Assembly: GCA_018304055.1 (NCBI GenBank)
Contig: JAGVWY010000019.1
Coordinates: 6,415-51,515 of the forward strand
Length of the DNA: 45,101 nucleotides
Direction: 5' to 3'
Source: Candidatus Pacearchaeota archaeon
GTDB taxonomy: Archaea > Nanobdellota > Nanobdellia > Pacearchaeales > GW2011-AR1
Position numbers and translations under genes: made by a program
Shown: in pieces, positions 32,021-42,355 of the stretch
Numbering within the stretch: the stretch's first letter is position 1
How the letters are laid out: the number at the start of each line of letters is the position of its first letter
Notes under the pieces: generated by a model
Database searches by the model: none
Told to the model about the DNA's origin: nothing
Seen by the model: the letters and a program-made list of their open reading frames with translations, nothing else

Positions 32021-34324
32021 ATGAAATTAGACAAAATTTTTGATTCTGTGCAACAAAGAAACTTGTTCAAAAATAAACAGATTTTGCAAGCTAACTATAC
32101 GCCAGATACTATCCCTCATAGAGATGAGCAAATAGAGTCTATAGCAAGTGTACTAGCTCCTGCATTGTTAGGACAGAAAACAAGTAATTTATTTATTTAT
32201 GGGAAAACAGGTTGTCTATCAGGCGATAGTTTGGTATACACAAACAATGGCTGGAAAAAAATTAAAGAAACAAATCCTGATAAGGAAAAAGTTTTAAGTT
32301 TTAACATAAAGAATAAAAATTATGAATGGAGTAATTTTATTTTTTTAGAATTTATTAATAAAGATATATTATTAAAATTAACCTTAGACAATGGTTTTGA
32401 AATCATTCTTACAAAAGATCACCCATTACTTACCTCAAAAATAGAATGGAAAAAAGCTGATGAATTAGCTATTGATGACGAATTAGTTTTGGGATATGAT
32501 TTGCCCAATATTAATAATAATGAAATTTCTTTAAAATTAGCTAGATTATTAGGTTTTATTATAGCGGATGGTAGTTTAAATAAAAAAGAGAAAAGGAGAA
32601 TAGACTCTAAGGGATGTTGGTATAATTCTAACAAACAAAGATGCAGACTTTTTAATGAAGAAGATGAACTATTAAATTTAGTACAATCGGATTTGTCAAA
32701 TTTGTTTAAATGCACTCCTTCTATAATTTATCCAAAAAATAGATGCAGATATGTTAATGTTGTTTCTCAAGAAGTTTGTCAAACTCTATTTAATTACGGA
32801 ATTCCTTTTGGGGAAAAAAGTTTTGTTGTTGAAATTCCTAAAATTATTTTAGAATCATCTCCCTTATATCAAAGAGAATTTTTAAAATCTCTCTTTTCTT
32901 GTGATGGAACAATTAATAGACAGACTTATCAAATTGAATATTACTCTAACTCTAGAAAATTGCTCCAGCAAATAGCTTATTTATTATATCAAGAGGGGAT
33001 ATGTTGTAAGATACGAAAGAAAATTGCTAAATGTAATAATAAATTTTTTTATTCTTATAGATTATATGTGAATGGACAGGAGAATTTATTAAAGTTCTAT
33101 AATAAAATAGGATTTTATGGAATAAAAAACCAGAGATTTAGAGATATGTTTGGGAAATACGTAAAAGATATGGGTTTTTGTTATGAAACTTATAAAGTTT
33201 CTAAAATAAAAAAAATTGAAGAGGTTTATGAAGATAAAGTTTATGATTTAACAGTCCCAGGAAATCATAATTTCATTGCTAATGGGATCATTAGCCATAA
33301 TTCAGGCAAAACACTAAGCGCCCAACACGTTGCAAATGAGCTATCAAAAAGAGCAAGCAATAGTATATTAAAGATTGAGTACTTAAATTGTAAATTAAAG
33401 AAAGTTGCTGACACTGAATACAGAATTTTAGCAGAGCTTATAAAAAAGTTAGGAGGAAGGGTTCCTGCAACAGGGTTACCAACAGACCAGGTTTATTTAA
33501 AGTTTCTAGAGATACTAGAGAATTCTAAGGAGAAATTATTAATACTTATTTTAGATGAGATAGATCAAGCAGTAAAAAAAATTAATGACGAATTTTTATA
33601 TAATCTTACAAGATTAAATTCAGAGTTACACAAAACACAAATTATTATTGTTGGTATTAGCAATGATTTAAGATTTTTAGATATGATTGACCAGCGAGTA
33701 AGGAGTTCGCTTAGCGAAGAGGAAATTGTATTTCCTCCTTACAATGCTCTACAATTACAAGACATATTAATAAAAAGAGCTAAAGATGCATTTAAAGATG
33801 GAATAATCAGAGAAGGGGTTATTGCTAAATGCGCCGCGTATGCTGCACGAGAACACGGAGATGCACGAAGAGCTTTAGATTTATTACGAGTTGCTGGAGA
33901 ATTAGCAGAAAGAAACGCAGATTCTCATATAACCATAGAACATATTGATAAAGCGAATGAAAAAATAGAGAGAGATAAGATTTTAGACATTATTGAAACA
34001 GGAACCAAACAGTTTCAGATGGTGTTATTTTCAATTATGGAGTTATCACACAAAAACAAATCAAAATTAAAAGAGAAGTCTAGTGTTTATACCGGAGATA
34101 TCTTTGATTATTATGAACATTTATGTAACAAAGTTAAGGTAGATTGTCTTACTCATAGAAGGGTGAGTGATATTATAGCGGAATTAGATATGCTCGGGTT
34201 AATAAATACGAGAGTGATAAGCAAAGGCAGACATGGAAGAATGAGGGAAATAAAATTAGTTATTCCAGGTAGTATTAATATTAAAGCACGGGAAATATTA
34301 GTAGAAGAACTTGGTATAGGATAA
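32021..34324 (+). CDS. cdc6: Orc1/Cdc6 replication initiator, interrupted by an intein in the Walker A loop
   Basis: Exteins read IYGKTG / SGKTLSA (P-loop), LILDEID (Walker B) and GDARRALDLLRVA (sensor 2), with a C-terminal winged helix. The start is ambiguous among TTG 32000, GTG 32018 and ATG 32021; GAGGTG lies at 32005. Confidence 0.9.
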   Translation: MKLDKIFDSVQQRNLFKNKQILQANYTPDTIPHRDEQIESIASVLAPALLGQKTSNLFIYGKTGCLSGDSLVYTNNGWKKIKETNPDKEKVLSFNIKNKNYEWSNFIFLEFINKDILLKLTLDNGFEIILTKDHPLLTSKIEWKKADELAIDDELVLGYDLPNINNNEISLKLARLLGFIIADGSLNKKEKRRIDSKGCWYNSNKQRCRLFNEEDELLNLVQSDLSNLFKCTPSIIYPKNRCRYVNVVSQEVCQTLFNYGIPFGEKSFVVEIPKIILESSPLYQREFLKSLFSCDGTINRQTYQIEYYSNSRKLLQQIAYLLYQEGICCKIRKKIAKCNNKFFYSYRLYVNGQENLLKFYNKIGFYGIKNQRFRDMFGKYVKDMGFCYETYKVSKIKKIEEVYEDKVYDLTVPGNHNFIANGIISHNSGKTLSAQHVANELSKRASNSILKIEYLNCKLKKVADTEYRILAELIKKLGGRVPATGLPTDQVYLKFLEILENSKEKLLILILDEIDQAVKKINDEFLYNLTRLNSELHKTQIIIVGISNDLRFLDMIDQRVRSSLSEEEIVFPPYNALQLQDILIKRAKDAFKDGIIREGVIAKCAAYAAREHGDARRALDLLRVAGELAERNADSHITIEHIDKANEKIERDKILDIIETGTKQFQMVLFSIMELSHKNKSKLKEKSSVYTGDIFDYYEHLCNKVKVDCLTHRRVSDIIAELDMLGLINTRVISKGRHGRMREIKLVIPGSINIKAREILVEELGIG
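32213..33301 (+). mobile_element. intein (363 aa) with LAGLIDADG homing-endonuclease domain in orc1/cdc6
   Basis: It starts with Cys (CLSGDSLV) and has block B TKDH. The two LAGLIDADG motifs are LLGFIIADGS and LKSLFSCDGT. It ends GIISHN and is followed by Ser +1. Confidence 0.85.
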
Positions 34325-34363
34325 TTTTTCCTCTTACAATCAGAACTTTTAAATTACTAAAAA

Positions 34364-35962
34364 ATGTCACAAAAGATATTAAAGTTGTTTATTGAAAAAG
34401 GATTTCTTTTAGATAGTGAAATACTAAAATTTTTAGATGAATTAGATGATGAAAATATTGCCTATGAAATTCTCAACAAAATAGCCCTTATTTCTAAGAG
34501 AAAGATAATAACTAAAGGCTTAGTTTACGAGAATTTAGACAAAATAAAGCCTTTTTTATTTGAGCTAGATAGCGAAAAAAAGAAATTAGTAGACAAATAT
34601 TTTGTTGATGTAAGTATTTCCTTAGAATTTAGAAAAGAAAGAGTAATTGAGGATATTTCAGAAAATTTAGAAGAGAAAGGGGAAAAAGTTGTTGTTAAAG
34701 TTCTGTCCTCCCCTGTTATAGCTTCTAAAAAATTAGAGGTAAGAGATTTTGTTAAATATTTTAGGAACAGGTATAATCTTTTGCGAAAAATTCTTTATGA
34801 TAGGCCTGAATTAACTAATTTAATTTCAATTGATAAAGTATCTGGAAATAGAGATTTTTCTATTATTGGGATTGTCACAAAAAAACAAATTACCAAAAAT
34901 AAGAACATTATACTTGAAATTGAGGATTTGACTGGGAAAGTTAAGTTACTTATCAATCAAAATAAAGAAGAGGTTTTTAATAAAGCAAAAGAAATTTTAT
35001 TAGATGATGTTATTGGATTTAGATGTAATGGAAGTAAGGATTTTTTATTTGTTCAGGATTTGTTTTATCCTGATAGCTTTTTAAAATATAAGAAAATGTC
35101 TAAAAGAGAATCCTATGCCTTATTCATATCAGATATCCATGTTGGAAGCAAAAATTTTTTAGAGAATAATTTTAATAGATTTATAGATTGGTTAAATGGA
35201 ATAGGATGTAGCGAAAAAGAAAAAGGGATATTATCTAAAATTAGTTATTTATTTGTCGTTGGAGACACTGTTGAAGGAGTTGGTATTTATCCAGGACAGG
35301 AAAAAGAATTGATAATTAAAGATATCATAAAACAATACGAGTCTTTGACAGCTTTTTACAGTAGGATACCAAAACATATACATATTATCCAATGTGCTGG
35401 TCAGCATGATGCAGTTAGAATAGCAGAGCCACAGCCTCCTGTTGGAGAGGATTTTGCAAAATCTTTACACACCCTTAAAAACATACATCTAGTAAGCAAT
35501 CCTAGTTTTATTGAAATTGAGACAGGATATTGTTCTATCAATGGAGCTAACTGCAAGGATGGAATAAAAGTTTTAATGTATCATGGGGCAAGTATGCATA
35601 ATATGATTAATGAAATTGAAGAATTAAGATTAAGTAATGCACATGCAACTCCTACAAAAGTTATAAAACATATTTTATTGCGAAGGCATTTAGCACCAAC
35701 TCACGGAGAAACAACTTATATTCCTGACCATGAAGAAGATTCGATGCTTATCAAAGATGTTCCAGATATTATTACTACAGGAGATTTACATAGAACTGAT
35801 ATTGATAGCTATAATAATGTCCTCATAATAGCAAATTCATGCTGGCAGTCGCGAACCGCATTCGAGGAAAAAGTTGGAAATATTCCAGACCCTTGTAAAG
35901 TTCCTCTATTAAATTTGCATACACGAGCCATTAAAATTTTGGATTTTAGTGATGAAGAATAG
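34364..35962 (+). CDS. polB: DNA polymerase D (Pol II) small subunit DP1
   Basis: Phosphoesterase motifs FISDIHVGS, VVGDTVEG, CAGQHDAVRIAEPQPP, YHGAS and TGDLHR in the DP1 arrangement. It sits between cdc6 and DP2, as in Pyrococcus. Confidence 0.9.
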   Translation: MSQKILKLFIEKGFLLDSEILKFLDELDDENIAYEILNKIALISKRKIITKGLVYENLDKIKPFLFELDSEKKKLVDKYFVDVSISLEFRKERVIEDISENLEEKGEKVVVKVLSSPVIASKKLEVRDFVKYFRNRYNLLRKILYDRPELTNLISIDKVSGNRDFSIIGIVTKKQITKNKNIILEIEDLTGKVKLLINQNKEEVFNKAKEILLDDVIGFRCNGSKDFLFVQDLFYPDSFLKYKKMSKRESYALFISDIHVGSKNFLENNFNRFIDWLNGIGCSEKEKGILSKISYLFVVGDTVEGVGIYPGQEKELIIKDIIKQYESLTAFYSRIPKHIHIIQCAGQHDAVRIAEPQPPVGEDFAKSLHTLKNIHLVSNPSFIEIETGYCSINGANCKDGIKVLMYHGASMHNMINEIEELRLSNAHATPTKVIKHILLRRHLAPTHGETTYIPDHEEDSMLIKDVPDIITTGDLHRTDIDSYNNVLIIANSCWQSRTAFEEKVGNIPDPCKVPLLNLHTRAIKILDFSDEE

Positions 35963-36020
35963 GTTATATTAAGTGTATAAATTATTTTAAAGGCCTTAAA
36001 TCATTAAAGAGAAAAATACT

Positions 36021-37463
36021 ATGGCAGATAAACATATTGTTGCTATAACCGGGGCTATTATTAAAGACGGAAAATATTTGATTATAAAAAGAAATCCAAA
36101 CAAAAAAATTTTTCCTGGAAAATGGACGGTTCCAGGAGGAAGGCTTGAGTTAGAAGATTATATTTATGACCAAAAAGATACTGGAGAGCATTGGTATAAT
36201 ATTATAGAGAAGGTTTTAAGGAGAGAGGTAAGAGAAGAAGTTGGATTAGAGATAGGGAAAATAGATTATTTAACTAGCCTAACATTTTTTAATGAAAACG
36301 AACCAATACTTGTTATTAGTATGTACGCGCCTTATATTAAAGGAAAAGTTGTTTTAAATGACGAGAATATTGATTATAAATGGGTTAGTTTGGAAGAAGC
36401 AAAAACCTATGATTTAATAGAAGGGATTTATGAAGAGTTAGAAATGCTTGATAAGAAATTAAAAGGCCAGTTAATAAGTGAATGGAAAAAAGATTCTCTG
36501 ATTATTGAAGATAAAGTATATGGAAGAGAAGAAATAAAAGAGAAAATCCTTGTTGAGCTAATAAACTCCAAACCTGTACAAAGACTTAGACATATTTTTC
36601 AGTATGGAATGCCTGACGAATATTATCACAAAAAAAATTTTTCAAGATACGAGCATTCTATAGGAGTTATGATATTATTAAGGAGGCTTAATGCAAGTTT
36701 GAAAGAGCAAATTGCGGGATTGCTTCATGATGTGTCCCATACTGCTTTCTGTCATGTTATTGATTGGGTTATAGGAGATCCTTCAAAAGAAGATTTTCAA
36801 GATAACAATCATTTAAATTTTATTTTAAATTCAGAAATTAAATTTATTTTAGAAAAATACAACTATGGCATTAGGGAAATTGCAGATATTGATAAATTTA
36901 GTTTATTAGAACGAGAAATTCCAGGACTATGCGCTGATAGAGTGGATTACTGCTTAAGAGAACTCGATAACGAGAGCATTAGTGTTGATTTCTTTACCTC
37001 AAGTTTAATAAATCAAAATGAACAAATATGCTTTAAACATATAAAGGTTGCTGAAAAATTTGCAACTGAATTTTTAAGATTGCAAAACGAACATTGGGCA
37101 GGAAAGCAAGCTAGATGCAGGTATTTTATCTTATCTAGAATATTAAAAAAAGCTTTAGATTATGGTATTATATCCTTACAGGATTTTTATTCAACTGATA
37201 AAGAAATAATAGAGAAATTAGCAAATAGCAATGACCCTTATATAACAGAACATCTAACCTTATTGAAAGAAGGATTATTAATAGAAGAAGTTGACGATGG
37301 AGGAATCTTATTGAAGAAAAAATTTAGGTATGTTGATCCAGAGGTTTTAATTGATAATAAAATAAAGAGGTTATCAGAATTATCGCCTTATTTTTCAAAT
37401 TTACTTAGGATGGAAAAAGAAAGAAATAAAATTGAAAAAGGAATCATCTTTAAAAAATTATAA
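36021..37463 (+). CDS. Nudix hydrolase fused to HD-domain (COG1078/SAMHD1-dGTPase-like) phosphohydrolase
   Basis: Nudix box GGRLELEDYIYD..x..REVREEVGLE (Gx5Ex7REUxEExGU). The HD part reads RYEHSIGV ... LLHDVSHTAFCH ... CADRVDYCLRE. Confidence 0.8.
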   Translation: MADKHIVAITGAIIKDGKYLIIKRNPNKKIFPGKWTVPGGRLELEDYIYDQKDTGEHWYNIIEKVLRREVREEVGLEIGKIDYLTSLTFFNENEPILVISMYAPYIKGKVVLNDENIDYKWVSLEEAKTYDLIEGIYEELEMLDKKLKGQLISEWKKDSLIIEDKVYGREEIKEKILVELINSKPVQRLRHIFQYGMPDEYYHKKNFSRYEHSIGVMILLRRLNASLKEQIAGLLHDVSHTAFCHVIDWVIGDPSKEDFQDNNHLNFILNSEIKFILEKYNYGIREIADIDKFSLLEREIPGLCADRVDYCLRELDNESISVDFFTSSLINQNEQICFKHIKVAEKFATEFLRLQNEHWAGKQARCRYFILSRILKKALDYGIISLQDFYSTDKEIIEKLANSNDPYITEHLTLLKEGLLIEEVDDGGILLKKKFRYVDPEVLIDNKIKRLSELSPYFSNLLRMEKERNKIEKGIIFKKL

Positions 37464-37499
37464 ATTATTTTGAACTTTTAGAAAAATTTGAGGGTGAAA

Positions 37500-40400
37500 A
37501 TGGGATTAAGTATTGAAACAGAAAAATATTTTGAAAATTTGCAGAAAGAAATAGAGAAAAATTATTTAATCGCAGAGAAAGCACGTATTTTAGGATACGA
37601 TCCTGTTGATAAAGTAGAGATTCCTTTAGCGTTAAGCATGGCTGCTAAAGTAGTAAGATTAATTGCCACAAAATATCCTCAATTAGATAGCGAGGAAATT
37701 ATAAACCGGATTTTAGCATTAGAAAAAGAATATGGGAGTTTAGATAATTCAGTAAGTTTTAAAATTGCCGAAGAAATAGCACAAGAAAAATATTGCAAGT
37801 TTGAAAATCAACTAGAAGCTATTGACGCTGGTATTAGGATAGGTTTTGCTTATACTACTCTAGGAGTTGTTAGCTCTCCAATAGAAGGATACACTGAAAT
37901 AAAAACTGCTAGAACAAGAGAGGGCAAGAAATATATCCAGGCTTATTTTTCAGGGCCAATACGAAGTGCAGGGACTACTGCAAGTTGTGTTGTTTTAATG
38001 TTAATTGATTATATGAGGCAGTTATTTGGTTATGCAAGATATGATCCAACTGAAGTTGAATGTAAAAGAGCGGTAACAGAACTATATGATTATCATGAAC
38101 GAATAACAAACCTGCAATATTTACCCACTGAAGAAGAAATTTATTTCTTATTTAGTCATTTGCCTTTTCAAGTTTGTGGCGACCCTACTGAAAACAAAGA
38201 GGTGAGCAATTATAAAGATCTTCCAAGAGTAGAAACAAATTTTATACGTGGAGGTTTTTGTTTGATTTTAGGAGAAGGCCTAGCACAAAAAGCTGCGAAA
38301 GGGCTACGAATATTAAAGGGATTGCAAAAAAATGGTTTTCATATACGCGATTGGGAATGGTTAGAAGAATACGTTAAACTTCATGAGAAAAGAGATAAAG
38401 GTAAAACAGATTCAAGCCCTACTTATATTAAAGATTTGGTTGCTGGGAGGCCGGTTTTTGGTCATCCTGGAAGAGGGTTTAGATTTCGTTATGGCAGAAG
38501 CAGAGTTTGTGGATTTTCTGCAGTAAGCGTTCATCCAGCTACCATGGGGATAACAAATGATTTTATCGCTACTGGAACCCAATTAAAAGTTGAAAAACCA
38601 ACTAAAGGTTGTGTTGTTACTCTCTGTGATCAATTAGAAGGCCCTATTGTTAAATTTAAAGATGGGAGTGTAAAGAAAATAGAAAGTTATGAAGAAGCTA
38701 AATCTATTTATGATGAAATAGACGAAATAATTTATTTGGGAGATATTCTTTTTCCTTTAGGAGATGTTATAAACAGAAATGCTAGACTTGTTAAATCAGG
38801 TTATGTAGAAGAATGGTGGTATCTAGAACTAAAAAAAGCAGGCGGAAATATAGAAGATTATTTTGATGTTGGTTTGGAAAAAGCAATGGAATTAAGCATT
38901 AAATATAAGATTCCCTTGCATCCTCAACATATTTTTTACTGGACTCAAATTTCTTATGAACAGTTCTTAGGATTTATTGATTGGTTCCAGAATTCAAGAG
39001 TTAATGATGGTAAGTTAGTTTTTCCATATAATAGTTCTGAAAAAGAGCGTTTTAAAACAGGGAAGAGGGCTTTAGAATTACTGGGAGTTAATCATTCAGT
39101 TGGCATTGAGAATGTTATTTTAGAAAAAAACGAATCAAAAAAATTGTTAGTGAATCTAGGTTTTGATGATAGCCATAAAGACTTTAATTTTGAGCATAGA
39201 TTTGAAGAACACAAGAGTGTTTTAGAGATAGTCAATGAACTAGCTCTTTTTAAGATAAAAGATAAATCTGGAGAATTTATTGGAACTAGGATGGGGAGAC
39301 CTGAAAAAGCTAAATTAAGAAAATTAACAGGAAGTCCCCACATTCTTTTTCCTATCGGAGATGAGGGAGGAAGATTAAGAAGTATAAATGAAGCGGTTCA
39401 TATTGGTTATGTAAAAGGAGATTTTCCTTTTAATTATTGTAAAAATTGTAAGAAGGAAAGCATCTACCGAGTTTGTGAAAAATGTAAGGAAAAAACTGAA
39501 AAGAAATTTTATTGCAGATTGTGCAGAAGAGAAATAGAGAGTTTTTGTGAGATACACTCTATTAAAAACAGATTTAAAAACACGAGGATTGACATGAATC
39601 ATTACTTCGAGAAAGCACGAGAAACTCTAAATATTCTAAAAACAGAAATTCCTAATTTAATTAAGGGAGTTAGAGGAACAAGTTCTGAAGATCATGACTT
39701 AGAGCCTCTTGTTAAAGGAATCTTAAGAGCTAAATATAATCTTTGTGTAAATAAAGATGGAACAATAAGATATGACATGACTGAAATTCCAGTAACTCAT
39801 TTTAAACCATTAGAAATAGGAGTTAGTGTTAGAAAATTACGAGAACTTGGCTATGAAAAAGATTGTTATGGAAACATATTAGAACACGAAGATCAGATCT
39901 TAGAGTTAAAACCTCATGATGTTTTGATACCTTGCAATAATAAATCTGGAGATGAAAAAGGAGATGAACTTTTTGTTAATATTGCTAACTTTATAGACGA
40001 ATTGCTAGTTAAATTTTACAAATTACCAAGTTTTTTCAATATTAAAACCAGAGATGATCTTATAGGTCATTTGGGAGTTTGTATGGCTCCTCACAATTGT
40101 GCAGGAGTTATATGTAGAATAATAGGATTTTCTAAAGTCCAAGGATTATTGGCTAGTCCTTATATGCATGCTGCGATGCGAAGGGACTGTTTAGGCTATG
40201 ATAATTATGTTACAGTTCAAGAGAATGGAAGATGGAATATTATTAAAATAGGAGAATATATAGAGAGACTCTCACCTAATAATAAAATTGATTTTTGGGG
40301 AACACTTGGAAAGAAAGTTTCTAATGTTAGCACTTGGAGCAATCCAGGAATTGGAGAAGTTGTTGAACTCACAAAACATGAACCAAAACAACTTTTTAAG

Positions 40401-42314
40401 ATATTCAGTGAAGATGGAAGAACTATTGAACTTACAGAAGATCATAAAATATTCATAAAAGGGAAAGAAATGAAATCAGTTTCTGAATTAAGAGAAGGGG
40501 ATAAGCTAATGGTTAGTTATAAGAGAGATATCGAGGAAAAGGATATACAGGAAATTTTTTTACCAGAAATTTTTAAAGAAAAAGATTATGTTATGTTGAG
40601 AAATGTTCGAGATTTTTTAGAAAATTTTGAGAAATTAAATAAACGAGATAATTTTTATCAAAGAGATAGCTATCCTATTAAGATAGTTAATGAAATTTTA
40701 GAAGGACATGGAAAAACTCTTAGAGAGCTTCCTAAAGAAACTAAAATTGCCTCAAAGAGAGATAAAGTTTCACTTCCTTTAAAAATTAGCTTTGATGAAG
40801 ATATTTTATCTTTAATTGGATTATATATAGCAGAGGGTTATATGAGAAAAAAAGAACACAATAAAGGGTTTTATCAGGTGTGTATTGCAGCAGAAGATAA
40901 GGGAATAAGAGAGTTTATTAGTAGAATAATGAGGGAGTATTTTAATTTGGAAACAACTGAGAAAAAAGAAGATAGATTGGTTTATTCTTCAAGATTATTG
41001 TATGAGCTTTTCAAAGATTATTTCGGTCTGGAAACAGGAGCAAGAAATAAAAGAATTCCTAGTTTTTTCTTAGATTTAAAAAAAGAAAAAATAGCTGCTT
41101 TATTAAGAGGTTATTTTGAGGGGGATGGAAGTGTTAGTTTATCAGATATAAGAGTTAGTTGTGATAGTATAAGCGAAGGCTTGAAACATGATCTAAGCTT
41201 TGTTTTATCAAGATTTGGAATTTTTACTAAATTTTATGAATATGAAAAAAAACCAGGTCCGAAGATTAGAGCTTTTTATATCAGGAAGAATCGAGAAATA
41301 CCTAATTTTAGAATAACAAAAATTATTATACCATCTGATTTTGTAAAAAAATTTGATGATATTGGATTTTTATCAGAAAGAAAAAAATCTATTTTAAAGG
41401 AGATAATAAGTAAAAAAAATTATGGAATGAAAATTGAATTTGATGAAAATTATATTTATCCTAAAATTTTAAAAATAGAACCCATCGGTAATGGACCTAG
41501 TTATTGTTTTAATGTCAGACCTGAACATAATTTTTTCACTAATGATATTTTAGTTAAAAATTGTGACGGCGATGAAGCAGCATTAATGTTATTATTGGAT
41601 GTTTTGATTAATTTTTCAAGGAAGTTTCTTCCTAGCCATAGGGGGGGAACTCAAGATGCACCCTTGGTTTTGAACGGAAAAATTTTTGCACAAGAAGTGG
41701 ATGAGCAAATCCTTGACTTTGAGTTAGTTTATAATTATCCTTTGGAATTATATGAGAAAGCTGAACAAGGAGCTCATTCCAGCGAAATAGACATAGAAAC
41801 TGTTAAAAAAAGAATTAACAGAGGAGAAGATTCTTATATCAATACAGGGTTTACTCACGATACTATAGATTTTAATGGAGGCAATACTTGTAGTTCTTAT
41901 AAGACTCTTCCTTCCATGAAGCATAAAGTTGAAGAACAAATGAAGTTATGTGTAAAATTGAGGAGTGTTGATCAAGGAGATGTTGCAAGATTAATAATTG
42001 ATAGACATTTTATGAGAGATTTAAAAGGAAATTTAAGAAAGTTTTCACAACAAAACTTTAGATGCGGAAAATGCAACGAAATTTATCGAAGACCTCCTTT
42101 AAATGGAAGATGCGAGAAATGTGGGAATATAAAACTTATTTATACTATTTCTTATGGGAGTATCATAAAATATTTAGAACCTGCCTTAGATTTAATAAAA
42201 AATTTCGATGTTCCTAGTTATATTGAACAGGATTTGGCATTAACAAAAAAATATATTGAAAGCATTTTTGGAAAAGACATTGAAAAGCAAGAAAGTATTG
42301 AGAGATGGTTTTAA
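37500..42314 (+). CDS. polC: DNA polymerase D (Pol II) large catalytic subunit DP2, interrupted by an intein
   Basis: GAGGGTGA lies 4 nt upstream of ATG 37500 (the track's TTG at 37488 is less likely). Exteins read HAAMRRD / CDGDEAALMLLLD. There are internal and C-terminal Cys4 zinc fingers (CKNCKK..CEKC; CGKCNE..CEKCG). Confidence 0.9.
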   Translation: MGLSIETEKYFENLQKEIEKNYLIAEKARILGYDPVDKVEIPLALSMAAKVVRLIATKYPQLDSEEIINRILALEKEYGSLDNSVSFKIAEEIAQEKYCKFENQLEAIDAGIRIGFAYTTLGVVSSPIEGYTEIKTARTREGKKYIQAYFSGPIRSAGTTASCVVLMLIDYMRQLFGYARYDPTEVECKRAVTELYDYHERITNLQYLPTEEEIYFLFSHLPFQVCGDPTENKEVSNYKDLPRVETNFIRGGFCLILGEGLAQKAAKGLRILKGLQKNGFHIRDWEWLEEYVKLHEKRDKGKTDSSPTYIKDLVAGRPVFGHPGRGFRFRYGRSRVCGFSAVSVHPATMGITNDFIATGTQLKVEKPTKGCVVTLCDQLEGPIVKFKDGSVKKIESYEEAKSIYDEIDEIIYLGDILFPLGDVINRNARLVKSGYVEEWWYLELKKAGGNIEDYFDVGLEKAMELSIKYKIPLHPQHIFYWTQISYEQFLGFIDWFQNSRVNDGKLVFPYNSSEKERFKTGKRALELLGVNHSVGIENVILEKNESKKLLVNLGFDDSHKDFNFEHRFEEHKSVLEIVNELALFKIKDKSGEFIGTRMGRPEKAKLRKLTGSPHILFPIGDEGGRLRSINEAVHIGYVKGDFPFNYCKNCKKESIYRVCEKCKEKTEKKFYCRLCRREIESFCEIHSIKNRFKNTRIDMNHYFEKARETLNILKTEIPNLIKGVRGTSSEDHDLEPLVKGILRAKYNLCVNKDGTIRYDMTEIPVTHFKPLEIGVSVRKLRELGYEKDCYGNILEHEDQILELKPHDVLIPCNNKSGDEKGDELFVNIANFIDELLVKFYKLPSFFNIKTRDDLIGHLGVCMAPHNCAGVICRIIGFSKVQGLLASPYMHAAMRRDCLGYDNYVTVQENGRWNIIKIGEYIERLSPNNKIDFWGTLGKKVSNVSTWSNPGIGEVVELTKHEPKQLFKIFSEDGRTIELTEDHKIFIKGKEMKSVSELREGDKLMVSYKRDIEEKDIQEIFLPEIFKEKDYVMLRNVRDFLENFEKLNKRDNFYQRDSYPIKIVNEILEGHGKTLRELPKETKIASKRDKVSLPLKISFDEDILSLIGLYIAEGYMRKKEHNKGFYQVCIAAEDKGIREFISRIMREYFNLETTEKKEDRLVYSSRLLYELFKDYFGLETGARNKRIPSFFLDLKKEKIAALLRGYFEGDGSVSLSDIRVSCDSISEGLKHDLSFVLSRFGIFTKFYEYEKKPGPKIRAFYIRKNREIPNFRITKIIIPSDFVKKFDDIGFLSERKKSILKEIISKKNYGMKIEFDENYIYPKILKIEPIGNGPSYCFNVRPEHNFFTNDILVKNCDGDEAALMLLLDVLINFSRKFLPSHRGGTQDAPLVLNGKIFAQEVDEQILDFELVYNYPLELYEKAEQGAHSSEIDIETVKKRINRGEDSYINTGFTHDTIDFNGGNTCSSYKTLPSMKHKVEEQMKLCVKLRSVDQGDVARLIIDRHFMRDLKGNLRKFSQQNFRCGKCNEIYRRPPLNGRCEKCGNIKLIYTISYGSIIKYLEPALDLIKNFDVPSYIEQDLALTKKYIESIFGKDIEKQESIERWF
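40188..41561 (+). mobile_element. intein (458 aa) with LAGLIDADG homing-endonuclease domain in polD large subunit
   Basis: It starts CLGYDNYV and has block B TEDH. The two LAGLIDADG motifs are LIGLYIAEGY and LLRGYFEGDGS. It ends DILVKN and is followed by Cys +1 of CDGDE. Confidence 0.85.
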
Positions 42315-42355
42315 CTCTTAAATAAATATATAAACTTTTTTAACTCTATTTATTT

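Noticed and set aside
372-42000. Short ORFs nested inside or antisense to long genes (372..569, 911..1129, 1020..1211, 1565..1753, 1845..2036, 2821..3003, 3241..3426, 4100..4282, 5750..5935, 9422..9604, 11619..11828, 16333..16524, 17100..17288, 19641..19880, 25845..26078, 26207..26389, 27528..27719, 32419..32715, 39092..39343, 39375..39602, 41748..41939, 44234..44416)
   Set aside because: All lie within better-supported genes with recognisable domains. Their products are low-complexity Phe/Leu/Ile/Ser-rich strings, as expected from off-frame or antisense translation of AT-rich coding DNA.
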